A stretch of DNA of 64,000 bases, taken from NCBI GenBank assembly GCA_050950285.1, contig JBMNHG010000003.1, forward strand, positions 678,337 through 742,336, in the 5' to 3' direction. The position numbers and the translations under genes are program-made. The notes under the pieces are model-generated. The model had not been told where the DNA came from and ran no database searches. It saw only the letters and a program-made list of their open reading frames with translations. Positions 1-11,367 of this stretch are shown here, one piece after another. Each line of letters opens with the position of its first letter. Position 1 is the first letter of the stretch. This stretch comes from Kiritimatiellia bacterium (lineage in GTDB: Bacteria; Verrucomicrobiota; Kiritimatiellia; RFP12; JBMNHG01).

Positions 1-729
1 GATTTCCTCGCTTTCGAGTCTCTTGAAAGGCTCTTCTCCGTAGTGGAAGACAAGGCCGGACTCTTCCATGATCGCGGCGATGCCTTTGGCTCTGGCGCAC
101 CACAAGGCCACCGACCTTTCCCCATTGGGCAGCCGAAGGATGCACGCCTTCCCCGGGGAGAGGAGCATCTCTTGCGAGAAAGGGAGCTCGGTGGGATGGA
201 TCTCTTCAGCTGCCAGGGTCTTGGCAAGCCGATAGCACCGGGGAACAAGCCAAACAAGGAATGCGATGCCTGCGACGGCGGCTCCGACGATTGCCCGGCC
301 GCGTGCAGTCTTCTTGCGTCTTGCGCGTCGCTCCTCCCGAGACATCTCGCGGGGGTCTGGCGCTCCGCCAACAAGATTGCGCACTGCCAAGACAATCGAA
401 ACGAGGAGAACCGGGATCTCGACAAGGAACAGCATCCCCCCGCCGCTTCCAAAGACCAGACGGGAGAGAAACAGGAACGTGACCAAGACGAAGATCGTCT
501 TCCGAAGGTAAAGGTTCGCTTTCCAGCAGAAGACACACGAGATCGCGAAGCCGAGCACCCATGTCCCATCGGCCAGGTAATGCCACAAAGCGTACGGTGG
601 GTGTTGCATATGGCCACCCATGCAGACATGCAGGGTGCCGCAGAGTACGTACAGCGGCACTGCAACCAAGAGAGAAGTGCCCACGAGTCTGCGCCACGCA
701 TCTTTGCTGGAAGATCCGGACGCCGTCAT
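1..729 (-). CDS. Hypothetical multi-pass membrane protein, partial (runs off the left edge)
   Basis: Not in the ORF track. ATG at 729 preceded by purine-rich GGGGAAAGGA; I read the frame to position 1 without a stop (MTASGSSSKDAWRRLVGTSLLVAVPLYVLCG...TIFVLVTFLFLSRLVFG...IPVLLVSIVLAV...AIVGAAVAGIAFLVWLV). The + ORF 43..756 is its antisense shadow. Confidence 0.7.
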   Translation of the reverse strand, partial: MTASGSSSKDAWRRLVGTSLLVAVPLYVLCGTLHVCMGGHMQHPPYALWHYLADGTWVLGFAISCVFCWKANLYLRKTIFVLVTFLFLSRLVFGSGGGMLFLVEIPVLLVSIVLAVRNLVGGAPDPREMSREERRARRKKTARGRAIVGAAVAGIAFLVWLVPRCYRLAKTLAAEEIHPTELPFSQEMLLSPGKACILRLPNGERSVALWCARAKGIAAIMEESGLVFHYGEEPFKRLESEEI

Positions 730-1064
730 TCCTTTCCCCTCATTCCCCGACAGTAGACGGGTGGCCGGACACAATCCACTGGATGGCTGGACATGTTGCC
801 CATGAGGAGAAGATTAGCCCTCCTCCGGGGGCGGGTACAAGCAGAGATGTTGTGGGTGGTCGGATTGATTGGGGCGACCGGGTTGACGGAGCGGATGGTG
901 GTGACCCCGGAAAACCGCCATCGCGACTCGACGAAACGACCTGGCGGCATGCCGCCGCGATTTCGGCGTGGACGTATTTCGGTTGTCCCATGGCGATCGT
1001 TTGCGTATCCTTATACCCATCATCCGATCGCTATCGCCTCCGCGATCCGCAAAGGAACGACAGC

Positions 1065-3179
1065 ATGGCCAAGCAACTGAACATCTTCTTCAACGTCGAA
1101 CATGCCCCCATCGGCGCGTTCGCCACCTTCACACTGGGCCACAAGGGGGCCAAGGGCGGCCTGGGCCTCGAAATGGGCAAGCCTGCGGACGAAAGCGTCT
1201 TCATCGGCCTGGAATCCGCGACGAAGCCCGGCGTGTTCGAGACGCTCCCCTTCTACGAGGGATCGGAGGACGAGGCGAAGCGCTACGACGTCTCGAAGGA
1301 GAAGGCGAAGAAGGATGCCTCGGCTCCGCGTCTGGTGGCGTTCAAGGACAAAGACATCTACCGCGAGCTCTTTCCGGCTTCCGACTCCTGGGACGCCGGC
1401 GACCTCTCCTTCACCATCTACACCCCTTGCATGGACGCCCCCGATCCGACGACGGAGGCCGATCCCGCGCTGAAACTCGCGTACATGCCCGCCGTGCTCG
1501 CCGAACTCGCCGTGGACAATTCGGCGTGCAAGCGCGACCGCGTCTGCTTCTTCGGCTACGCCGGGAAATCCGACGTGCACATGATGCGCCGTTTCGAAGG
1601 CCCCATCGCCGGCATCGCCTGCGGTCCCGCCACCGCCATCGCCTGCGCGGACGAAGGCGTCGAAAGCGCCCAGGGCTTCGACATGGAGAGCATCCTCCAG
1701 CCCGCACATCCCGACAATCGCGCCTTCGGCCTGGGCGGCACCGCCGCGCTCCTCGCCACCGTGCCCGCCGGGGAAGTGCGCACCTTCCGCTTCGCCGTGT
1801 GCTTCTATCGCGGCGGAATCGCCACATCCGGCATGCCCTGCTCCTATCTCTACACGAAATGGTTCAAATCGATCGAGGAGGTCGCGGCCTACGCCCTCGG
1901 CCACTTCGACGAGGCCGTGACCGTCTCCGCCGATGCCGCAGGGGACTTCAACCTCTCGAAGCTGAGCGCCGACCAGCGCCTGCAGTTCACCCACGCCCTC
2001 CACAGCTACTACGCCAGCACCGAGCTCTTCCTCACGAAAGACAAGAAGCCCTTCTGGGTGGTCGCCGAGGGCGAATACCGCATGATGAACACCTTGGACC
2101 TCATGGCGGACCAAGCCTTCTACGAGGCGCTCCGGAACCCCTGGACGCTCCGCAACGAACTCGACTGGTACGTCGACCGCTACGCCTACCGCGACACGGT
2201 GCGCTTCCCCGGAAGCGACGGGGAGTTCCCCGGCGGCATCAGCTTCCCGCACGACATGGGCGTTGCCAACAACATCTCCCGCCCCGGCCATTCCGTGTAC
2301 GAGATGAGGGCGCTCTCCGGTTGTTTCTCGCACATGACCCACGAGGAACTCGTGAACTGGCTGTGGTGCGGCCTCATCTATCTCGCCCGGACGGGCGACG
2401 ACGCCTGGTTCGAAAAACGGCGCGCCGTTTTTGCCGACGGCCTCGAAAGCCTCTGCAACCGCGACAACCCGGACCCCGCCAAACGAACCGGCGTGATGGG
2501 GCTCGACAGCTCGCGCTGCGCGGGCGGAGCCGAAATCACCACCTACGACTCGCTCGACACCTCGCTCGGCCAGGCGCGCAACAACCTCTACATCGCCGTG
2601 AAGACCTGGGGCGTGTACGCGTGCCTCGGCGAACTGTTCGCGAAGAAGGGGCTCAAGGAGCCCGCCGCTGTCGCCCCGCGCCCAGGCGCGGCGCGCCGCC
2701 GCCACGGTGGCGGGGCGCCGCGGACCGGAAGGGCCTGCTCCCCGCCATCATCGGCGAAGGCGTCGAAAGCCGCATCATCCCGGCGATCGAAGGCCTCGTC
2801 CTCCCGTGGTTCTGCGGCCACCGGCGGCTCGTCTCGAAGAAGGGCCCCTACGCCGCGCTCCTCGCCGCGCTCGCCAAACACCTCGAGGCCGTCCTCAAGC
2901 CCGGCATCTGCCTCTTCCCCGACGGCGCATGGAAGCTGAGTTCCACCAGCGACAACTCGTGGCTGAGCAAAATCTACCTCTGCCAGTTCGTCGCCCCGCA
3001 AGATCCTCGGCCTCCCCTGGGGAGCCGCCGGGAAGCGGGCGGACGCCGCCCATGTCCAGTGGCTCCTCCGCCCCGAAGGCGCCTACTGGGCCTGGAGCGA
3101 CCAGATCATCCGGGGCATCGCCACGGGGAGCAAATACTACCCGCGCGGCGTGACCTCCATCCTCTGGACGCTGGAATAG
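1065..3179 (+). CDS. Glycoside hydrolase family 52 beta-xylosidase, frameshifted as assembled
   Basis: AAAGGA RBS, ATG 1065. Motifs HAPIGAFATFTLG, EGEYRMMNTLDL, EITTYDSLDTSLGQARNNLY, then in shifted frames SRIIPAIEGL, WKLSSTSDNSWLSKI and GSKYYPRGVTSILW to TAG 3177-3179. Indels near 2670-2720 and ~2995 lie in C/G runs. Confidence 0.88.
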
Positions 3180-3218
3180 GCGCGCGTCGGCATCCGCGCC
3201 GGACCTGGAGATCCGCCC

Positions 3219-4785
3219 ATGACGAACGACGTCTCTGATCTTCGAAAGAAAAAGGTCGGGAAGCTCGAAAGACAGGCCGCGAAGGACCATTTCCTCCAAG
3301 GCCGTTTCGGAAAAAGACAAGAAGGCCGCCCGCACCTCCTTCGCCTGCTACGTGGGAGGATGCGCGATCGCCTGCCTGCTGGCGCTCTTCTCCCGCGAAA
3401 TCGGCTCCACCGCGCCCCGCGTCTTCGCGCTGGCGCTGGTGTGGCTCGTCGCCTGGCCCACGCGCTGGGCCGTGGGCGGCGAACGCACCTTCCCCGTGAT
3501 GTTCCTGGAGCAGCTGCTCATCCTCGCGCCGGCACTCGCCTGTTGCCTCGTGTTCGCCATCCTTGCCCAGTGGCCGGAGCTCCAGGAACTTCTCCGCGGA
3601 ATCTTTCCCGGACTGTGCCGACAGGACGCCCTCCTGCTCCTCCTGGACACCGCGCCGGTCACCTTCTCCGTGCTGACCGCCGTGCTCCTCCTCGGGCGCG
3701 GCACATGCGCCCTGGTGGGCATGCTGTCCGGGATGACGCTCTCCATCCTCTCCGGCTTCCGCCTCGAACCCCTGGCCATGGCCATGGCCGCCACCGTGAC
3801 CTACCTGAGCAAGGGCCACAAGGACGGATATCGCTTCCGCACGCGGTCGAGGGTCCGCAGGGTGTCCTTCTGGACGATCCTGGCCCTGTTCGTCGTGACG
3901 GGCATCCTCCTCCAGACCCATGGTTCGCCAAGCAAGGAACTCGCGCTGGCCTACCTTGTCGCGGATGTCGCCAGCGCGGTGGGAGGCACCTTCGTCGCGC
4001 TGCTGCTTCTCCCCGTGTTCGAGCGGATGACGCGCCTGTGTACGGACATCACGCTCGGCGCGCTGGCCGATCTGGAGAACCCGCTCCTCTACCGCCTGAG
4101 CATGGAATGCCCCGGGACCTACCACCACAGCGTCATCGTTTCGCATCTCGCCCGCGACGCCGCCGAAGCCATCGGCGCGAACGGATTGCTCGCCCGGGTC
4201 ATCGCCTATTACCACGACATCGGCAAACTCCAGCATCCCGCCTATTTCGCCGAAAACAACATCAACCAACCCAGTCCGCACGATGCCCTCAGCCCGAACC
4301 AGAGCCGGATGTACATCGTGAGCCATACCATCGACGGCCTCGTCCTCGGCCGCGACGCCAACCTGCCCCAGCCCGTCCTGGAGGCCATCCAACAGCATCA
4401 CGGCACCAGCGTGATCCGCGCCTTCTACGAGAAGGCGGTCCAAAACAGCCAACAGGCCGATCCCCCCGACTCCCCTCCCATAAACGAGGCCCACTTCCGG
4501 TATCCAGGCCCCAAGCCCTCCACCCGGGAAAACGCCATCCTCATGCTCTCGGACATCACGGAGGCGGCCTTGCGCTCGAAGACGAACATCACGCCCGCCG
4601 ACGTGCCCGCAACCATCGACGCGCTCGTCGCCACCGTCATCGCCGACGGGCAGCTGGACGCTTGCCCGCTGACGTTCCGCGAGATCGCCGTGATCCGCCG
4701 GACGCTGGCCAACACCTACACGAACTTCGCCCACAGGCGCGCGGCGTATCCATCCCCCCCGGAACCGAAGCCCTCCGTGCCGTGA
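3219..4785 (+). CDS. Membrane-bound HD/HDIG phosphohydrolase (7TM-HD, PgpH-like), one apparent frameshift near 3285
   Basis: GGAG RBS, ATG 3219; main frame 3352..4785 has several TM helices then PGTYHHS, YYHDIGK, HHGT, FRYPGPKP and ILMLSD. Adjacent to ybeY, a known linkage. Confidence 0.82.
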
Positions 4786-5259
4786 CCCCGATCACCGTCC
4801 AGAACCGCCAGCGGAAGTACCGCGTCAACCGCGCCGCCATCCGCGACCTGTTCCGCGCATTCCTCCCCGTCCTGCTCGCGGAACGCCCTGCGGACACCTG
4901 GGACGAGATCTCCATCATCGTCACGGACGACGACGGCATCGCCGCCATCAACGAACGCGCCCTGGGCCATGCCGGCCCCACGGACGTGATCACCCTCGAA
5001 TACCCCCCCATGCCCGGCACGGGGGAGGGACGCCTGGCCGAAGTGGTCGTGAACCTCGACGCCGCCTGGACCGTCGGCCCCCGCCATCGCTCCACCCCCT
5101 CCGCCGAACTCGCCCTCTACCTCGCGCACTCCTGCAACCACCTCTGCGGATGGGACGACGCCACCCCCGCAGGGCCGCGCCCGCATGCGCCGCCGCGAAC
5201 GCCGCTGGATCGCCAGGCTCCCTTCCCCCCCCGAAGACCTCTTCGCCCCGCGCGCATGA
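4782..5259 (+). CDS. ybeY: rRNA maturation endoribonuclease YbeY, apparent +1 indel near 5172
   Basis: GTG 4782 overlaps the upstream TGA. Motifs INERALGHAGPTDVITL and LYLAHSCNHLCGWDD; C-terminus continues RARMRRRERRWI... in a shifted frame to TGA 5257-5259. Confidence 0.85.
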
Positions 5260-5533
5260 GCCAAGCGCGACCGTCCGTCTTGTCCCGCCCGGCCACGGCA
5301 AGGCGGACGGAGGCCGGGAGTCCCCGGAGAAGGAACGACAAAAAAAATGACGCCCGGTGCCAGCACCTTGACGTCACATTCGATGAAGGCAGATTTGCGA
5401 AGCTCTTAGAACAAGCTTCCGGGGAAGCGGGCGGGACGAGCCGCCAGAGACAGTGCCGCTGTGGCCGGCGCGGACATGGCCACTGCGGACGACACAACAA
5501 GCACTCGTCTCATGGCTTTCCCCGTCCAGTTTC

Positions 5534-6280
5534 TTAGAAGCTCACGCCCAATTCAACACCAATCACGCCAAAGCGGTCCCAGCCGCTGACCTTGCCGCGG
5601 TCGGACTGCATCATGGCGTAGAGCCCGCCCTTGATGTTCTCGGCGAATTGGGCCGAAACGCCCGCCGCCAGACGGTAGCGGTTGAACTTGTCGCTGCCGG
5701 AGAGACCGGGCTTGTCCTCGACAAAACCTTCGCCATAGGCATAGGGATTGAGCTTGAGGGCGGTCAGCTTCCAGGGCGACTTGACGCGGAGGCGGTTGCG
5801 GTAGCGCAGGTACTCGTCGCCGCCGTCGTCCTTCATGCGCCACTCGAAGCGGTTGCGGTCGTCGATGCTCCACGAGGCCAGCTTGGTCTTGAGCGTCACA
5901 TCCAACGTCGGGCGCTGCTCGTTCTGCCAATAGTGGTCGCCATCGCCGATCTTGCTGTAGCTGAGCGAACCATCGTCCTGCTTCTTGGAGGTATAGACCG
6001 ACTTGTTCTTGCGCTCCTGTACCACGCGCTGGCCGATGCCGATGTTCAGCCAGTTGGCCACGTCGTACTTCAGCGTGAGGAAGGTCTCCTCGTCGTAGAA
6101 CTCGCTGGCATCGTCCTTATACCGCAACTCTTCCTCGAGACTGGCCGAGAAACCGTTCGGCAGCTTGCCTTCGGAAAAGAATTTCAGCCAGAGCTGGGTG
6201 TCGCCACCCCGCGCGTTTGGCAAGACCGCGCCCAGTGCAAGGGCGGCTGCTGCCAGCGTACTCAACCAATGCTTGTGCAT
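5534..6280 (-). CDS. Outer-membrane beta-barrel protein, DUF2490-like
   Basis: Signal peptide MHKHWLSTLAAAALALGAVLPNARG; DTQLW, EQRPTLD, DDRNRFEWR, RYRNRLRV, PYAYGE; C-terminal aromatic residue (LGVSF). Confidence 0.75.
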   Translation of the reverse strand: MHKHWLSTLAAAALALGAVLPNARGGDTQLWLKFFSEGKLPNGFSASLEEELRYKDDASEFYDEETFLTLKYDVANWLNIGIGQRVVQERKNKSVYTSKKQDDGSLSYSKIGDGDHYWQNEQRPTLDVTLKTKLASWSIDDRNRFEWRMKDDGGDEYLRYRNRLRVKSPWKLTALKLNPYAYGEGFVEDKPGLSGSDKFNRYRLAAGVSAQFAENIKGGLYAMMQSDRGKVSGWDRFGVIGVELGVSF

Positions 6281-6429
6281 TATGCTTTTCTCCGTATCTG
6301 CAAGGCAGGTTCGCGGTCGGCGACCGTCGCCGGTTGAGCGATCTGCCGCTTGCATGTGTGAAAATTAAACACTTTTCGTATGAGAAACAGATGAGGCCGG
6401 CATGTTTTCTTTGTGTGAAAACGCCGCAT

Positions 6430-6461
6430 TTCTAACACAATTCTAACATGCCATCCATACT
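6430..6461 (+). promoter_or_regulatory. Pho-box-like direct repeat (TTCTAACA x2, 11-bp period) with a candidate -10 (CATACT)
   Basis: TTCTAACA at 6430-6437 and 6441-6448, CATACT at 6456-6461, about 90 bp upstream of pstS in an operon that encodes PhoB/PhoR. Confidence 0.65.
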
Positions 6462-6549
6462 CCCCTCACGGAGATGCGGTTTAATGGCGCCGCTCACCCA
6501 GACAAGTACAAATCCACTGCGCCAACGGCGCGAATGAAAGGAAGAAACC

Positions 6550-7384
6550 ATGAACCTGAACTCGAAAACGCTTCTCGCAGGCGCGTTCGCCGCTCTGCTG
6601 GCGGTGCTTCCAGGCATCGCGGAAGAGAAGCTGGTCCTGGATGGATCCACCACCATCGGCCCCATCGCCAAGGCTTTCGCCGAATACTACATGGCCCGGA
6701 ACCCGGACGTCAACGTGACGGTCAGCGAGTCGGGCAGCGGCAACGGCGTCAAGTCGCTGCTGAACGGCACCTGCGACATCGCCTGCCTCTCGCGCGCCAT
6801 GAAGGAGAACGAACTGGAGGCAGCCAAGGAAAAGAGCATCGATCCCGTGCAGCACACGGTGGCTTTTGACGGCGTGCCGGTGATCGTGCATCCGAGCAAC
6901 CCGGTCAAGGGGCTCACCCGCAAGCAGGTCGCGGACATCTACACCGGCGCCATCGGGAACTGGAAGGATGTCGGCGGCAACGACCAGCCGATCATCGTCG
7001 TCAGCCGCGACACCAACAGCGGAACCTACGAGACCTTCAAGGAACTCGTGCTCGGCAAGGAAGGCAAGATCAAGGCCGGCGCGGAGTACACGGGCAGCAA
7101 CGGCGGCATGCGCCAGCGCATCCAGACCACGCAGGGAGCCATCGGGTTCGCGGGGCTCGGCTTCGTCGACCAGACGGTCAAGGCGCTGGAGATCGACGGC
7201 GTCGCCCCCAGTGTCGAGACGATTTCGGACGGCACCTAACCCCGCTCACGCGCAAGCTCTACATGTACACCAACGGCCAGCCGGGGCGAGAAGTCGCACG
7301 CCGGACGCTTCATCGGGCTGTCACGCACGCCCGAGGGCCGCGAAATCGTCGAGGAGATCGGATTCGTGGCCCGTCGGCGAGTAA
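6550..7384 (+). CDS. pstS: Phosphate ABC transporter substrate-binding protein, frameshifted after ~7236
   Basis: Signal peptide; DGSTT, GSGNG, SRDTNSGT; C-terminus YPLTRKLYMYTNG...EGREIVEEIGFV is recoverable across indels to TAA 7382-7384. Confidence 0.9.
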
Positions 7385-7389
7385 GCCGC

Positions 7390-8534
7390 ATGAACAACGG
7401 AATCATCCTGTCCCGCAAAGAGCAGAGCGCGCCGCCGTTTCGGCGGCGCGCTGGCTCGCTTCCTGCTCCTGGCGGTGACCGCCGTGGCGGCGGTGGCGTT
7501 GCTGGCGATCATCGGCTTCATCGGCTACAAACGCCATCCCCTTCTTCACCTCCGGCCACGCAACGGGAATTCTTTACCGGGCGGCACTGGTACCCCGAGC
7601 GACCATCCGCCCCCAGTTCGGCGCCGTGCCCCTCTTCGTCGCGGCAGCGGCCTGGTCACCGCTGCCTCGCTGGTGCTGGCCGTGCCTGTTCGGCCTGACC
7701 GCCGCCATCTGCCTGAGCGACATCCTGCCCTTCCGCTGGAGCGAGGCGCTGAAGCCCGCCGTGGAGATGCTGGCGGCCATTCCCTCCGTGGCCTACGGTT
7801 TCTTTGCCCTGGTCATCCTGGCGCCGCTGCTCCAGAACCACGGCCCCACCGTGTTGCGCCTGCTCTGGTGGTCGTTCGGCGCGCCCGGGCTGCTGATCAT
7901 CGCCCTCGTGCTGGGTGAAACCGCCACCCGCCCTGACCAACCGCGCCAGCAGCAAGCCCACCGTGCGGGTCGTCGCCATACTCCTGCTTCTCGTGCCCAT
8001 GTTCCTGTTGCTGCGCACCGTCGACCAGGCCCTCGCCAAGGTCGTCATCTCCAGCGGCACCAACGCGCTCAACGCCTCGCTGATCCTGGCCCTGATGATG
8101 CTCCCGACGATCGTCAGCGTCTCGCAGGACGCCCTGCAGGCGGTCGGCAGCGACCTCCGCGCCGGCAGTTACGCGCTGGGCGCCACGCGGGGCCGAAACG
8201 CTGGTCAAAATCGTCATTCCCCGCCGCGGGGAGCGGCATTCTTTCGGCAATCATCCTGGGATGCATGCGCGCCATCGGCGAGACGATGGTGGTCTGGATG
8301 GCCTCGGGCAATGCCGCCCAGATTCCCGAACCCTGGTACAACCTGCTGCAGCCGGTGCGCACGATCACCGCCACCATCGCCGGCGACATGGGCGAGGCCG
8401 ACCAGATGACCGGCTCGGCACGCTACCATGTGCTCTTTGCCCTCGGCCTTTGCCTGTTGCTCTTCAGCCTGGTCAGCAGCGGCCTCGCCGAACGTGCCGT
8501 CGCGCGGCAGCGCCGCCGCCTGAGGGGGGAATAG
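7390..8534 (+). CDS. pstC: Phosphate ABC transporter permease PstC, several frameshifts
   Basis: Fragments in alternating frames: EFFTGRHWYP, KPAVEMLAAIPSVAYGFF, ASLILALMMLPTIVSVSQDALQAV, GCMRAIGETMVVWMASGN, VRTITATIAGDMGEA. Confidence 0.88.
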
Positions 8535-8539
8535 CCGCC

Positions 8540-9880
8540 ATGCAACTCACCACACGCAAGACCCTCGACCGCGCCTTCACCGCCTCGGGCATGCTGGCGC
8601 TCGGGCTGTTGGTCGTCGTCCTGCTGCTCCTGCTGGCCCCGATCCTGATCCGGGGTTTGGGCGCCGTCTTTTTCCGCGGCACCGTCGAGCACCGGCGTTT
8701 TCTGATGGAACAGTTCGACCGGGGTTCGGAGACGGCGCTGGCGCAGGATCTCGAAGCCGCCGAAGCCGCCCGGCGACCCCTCTACGACGCCCTCGCGGCC
8801 TTCGAGCGGGAACAGGCGGAGCGGACGCCGGGCGAACGGCGCGCCTTCGCCGCCGAGTACCGCGAAATCCGGGCGGCGGTACTCGAGATGATCGGCCCCG
8901 ATCCGAATACCGATCCACCCGTGCTCATGCGCCGCCGCTATGGGCAAACCCGCTGGGATCGCACCTTGGAGACGCGCCACAAGATTCTCAACCGCCGTGC
9001 CTGGGACTACAGCGGCGGCGTGGGCCGTCCCGTCGACGACCCCCGCGAACCGCGTTTCCGCGAGACCGCGCTGGCCCCCATCTTTCCGATCGTCCGCGAC
9101 CAAACCGAAGACCTGATGCTGCCGCGGTTCACCTGCTATCTGGGATTCTTCCACGATCCGCCGTCCGACGCCCACTTCTTCGGAGGCATCGGGCCGGAGA
9201 TCCGCGGCACGCTGCTGCTGACCATCGGTTCCATGTTGATCGCCCTGCCGCTGGGGCTGATCGCGGCGGTCTACTTCCAGGAGTTTGCCGCCGAAGGCCG
9301 GTTGATGTCCATGCTGCGCGCCTGCGTCAACACGCTGGCCGGCGTGCCGAGCATCGTCTTCGGCCTCTTCGGACTGGCCTTCTTCATCAACACCGTCGGG
9401 GTCTCCAACGGCAAGAGCCTCCTGGCCGGCGCGCTGACGCTGGCCCTGCTGATCCTGCCGACCCTGATCCGCGCCGCCGAGGAGGCGATCCGCGCCGTGC
9501 CGCAAAGCTATCGCGAGGCGGCCTACGCGCTGGGCGCCAGCAAGTGGCGCACGATCGTCAGCGTGATCCTGCCGGCCGCCCTGCCCGGCATCCTGACCGG
9601 CGTCGTGATCAGCATGGGCCGCGCGGCGGGCGAGACGGCGCCGATCATCTTCACGGCGGCGGTCAGCGTCGGACGCTCCCCCACGCTGCGCTCGTTCTTC
9701 ACCCAGCCGTCGCCGGCCCTCTCCTGGAACATCTACAACCTCAGCACCGAACACGAGGCGATCGAGGCCATCCGCCACGTGCAGTACGGCATGGTGGCCA
9801 CGTTGGTCGTCATGGTGCTCCTGTTGAATCTGGTGGCGATCATCCTGCGCGCCCGTGTCGCCCGCAAATTGAAGGGATAA
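8540..9880 (+). CDS. pstA: Phosphate ABC transporter permease PstA with a large periplasmic insertion
   Basis: GGIGPEIRGT, LAGVPSIVFGLFG, AAEEAIRAVP, GRAAGETAPI; about 170-aa hydrophilic segment after TM1. Confidence 0.93.
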   Translation: MQLTTRKTLDRAFTASGMLALGLLVVVLLLLLAPILIRGLGAVFFRGTVEHRRFLMEQFDRGSETALAQDLEAAEAARRPLYDALAAFEREQAERTPGERRAFAAEYREIRAAVLEMIGPDPNTDPPVLMRRRYGQTRWDRTLETRHKILNRRAWDYSGGVGRPVDDPREPRFRETALAPIFPIVRDQTEDLMLPRFTCYLGFFHDPPSDAHFFGGIGPEIRGTLLLTIGSMLIALPLGLIAAVYFQEFAAEGRLMSMLRACVNTLAGVPSIVFGLFGLAFFINTVGVSNGKSLLAGALTLALLILPTLIRAAEEAIRAVPQSYREAAYALGASKWRTIVSVILPAALPGILTGVVISMGRAAGETAPIIFTAAVSVGRSPTLRSFFTQPSPALSWNIYNLSTEHEAIEAIRHVQYGMVATLVVMVLLLNLVAIILRARVARKLKG

Positions 9881-9886
9881 CCACGC

Positions 9887-10669
<783 letters not shown>

Positions 10670-10691
10670 CACACACGAAAGCAGGTACGCC

Positions 10692-11366
10692 ATGACCATG
10701 ATCCTGATGCAAGAAATCACCACCCTGCAGACGCGCGTCGTGCGGTTGGCGCTGGAGGTCGAGGCACGCCTCAAGCAGTCGCTGGATGCGCTGGCCCAGC
10801 GCGACGAGGACGCCGCGAAGGCGCTCGCGGAGAGCGACGACGTGATCGACCGCCAGGAGGTCGCGATCGAAGAGGAGTGCCTCAAGCTCCTCGCGCTGCA
10901 CCAGCCGGTGGCCTCCGACCTGCGCCTGGTCGTCGCGGTGCTGAAGATCAACAACGATCTCGAACGGATCGCCGACATCGCCGTGAACATCGCCGAGCGC
11001 GTGCCGCATCTGGCCTCCATGCCGCCTTCGGGCATGGAACAGCACCTGCAGCAGATGGGCAGGGAGGCGAGCGCCATGCTGCGGCGCAGCTTCGATGCCC
11101 TGTCGCAGCGCAGTTCGTCCCTGGCGCGCGAGGTGCTGGCGCGGGACGAGATGCTCGACGAGATGCACCGCCAGGCCTTCAAGGCTGTCGAAGAGGGTGT
11201 CGCGGCCGGCCCGTCCGAGGTCACCACCCTGCTGCTCCTCCTGAGCATCTCGCGCGACCTCGAGCGCGTCGGAGACCATGTGACCAACATCGCCGAGGAT
11301 CTCATCTACCTCTTCGAGGGCACGATCATCCGCCACACGCACCACCTCAACACGGAGCATCCCTGA
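10692..11366 (+). CDS. phoU: Phosphate signalling complex protein PhoU
   Basis: QPVASDLR, DLERIAD, DLERVGDHVTNIAE. Confidence 0.96.
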   Translation: MTMILMQEITTLQTRVVRLALEVEARLKQSLDALAQRDEDAAKALAESDDVIDRQEVAIEEECLKLLALHQPVASDLRLVVAVLKINNDLERIADIAVNIAERVPHLASMPPSGMEQHLQQMGREASAMLRRSFDALSQRSSSLAREVLARDEMLDEMHRQAFKAVEEGVAAGPSEVTTLLLLLSISRDLERVGDHVTNIAEDLIYLFEGTIIRHTHHLNTEHP

Positions 11367-11367
11367 T

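Noticed and set aside
43..756. Plus-strand 237-aa ORF
   Set aside because: Its composition is the antisense image of the minus-strand membrane protein.
5120..5160. YbeY third His replaced by Asp as a sign of inactivation
   Set aside because: Asp can ligate metal and I recall GxDD variants in other YbeY proteins; not evidence of loss.
7230..7245. Programmed readthrough or frameshift at the pstS TAA
   Set aside because: TAAC looks like TAC plus an extra base, amid many nearby indels; no recoding signal.
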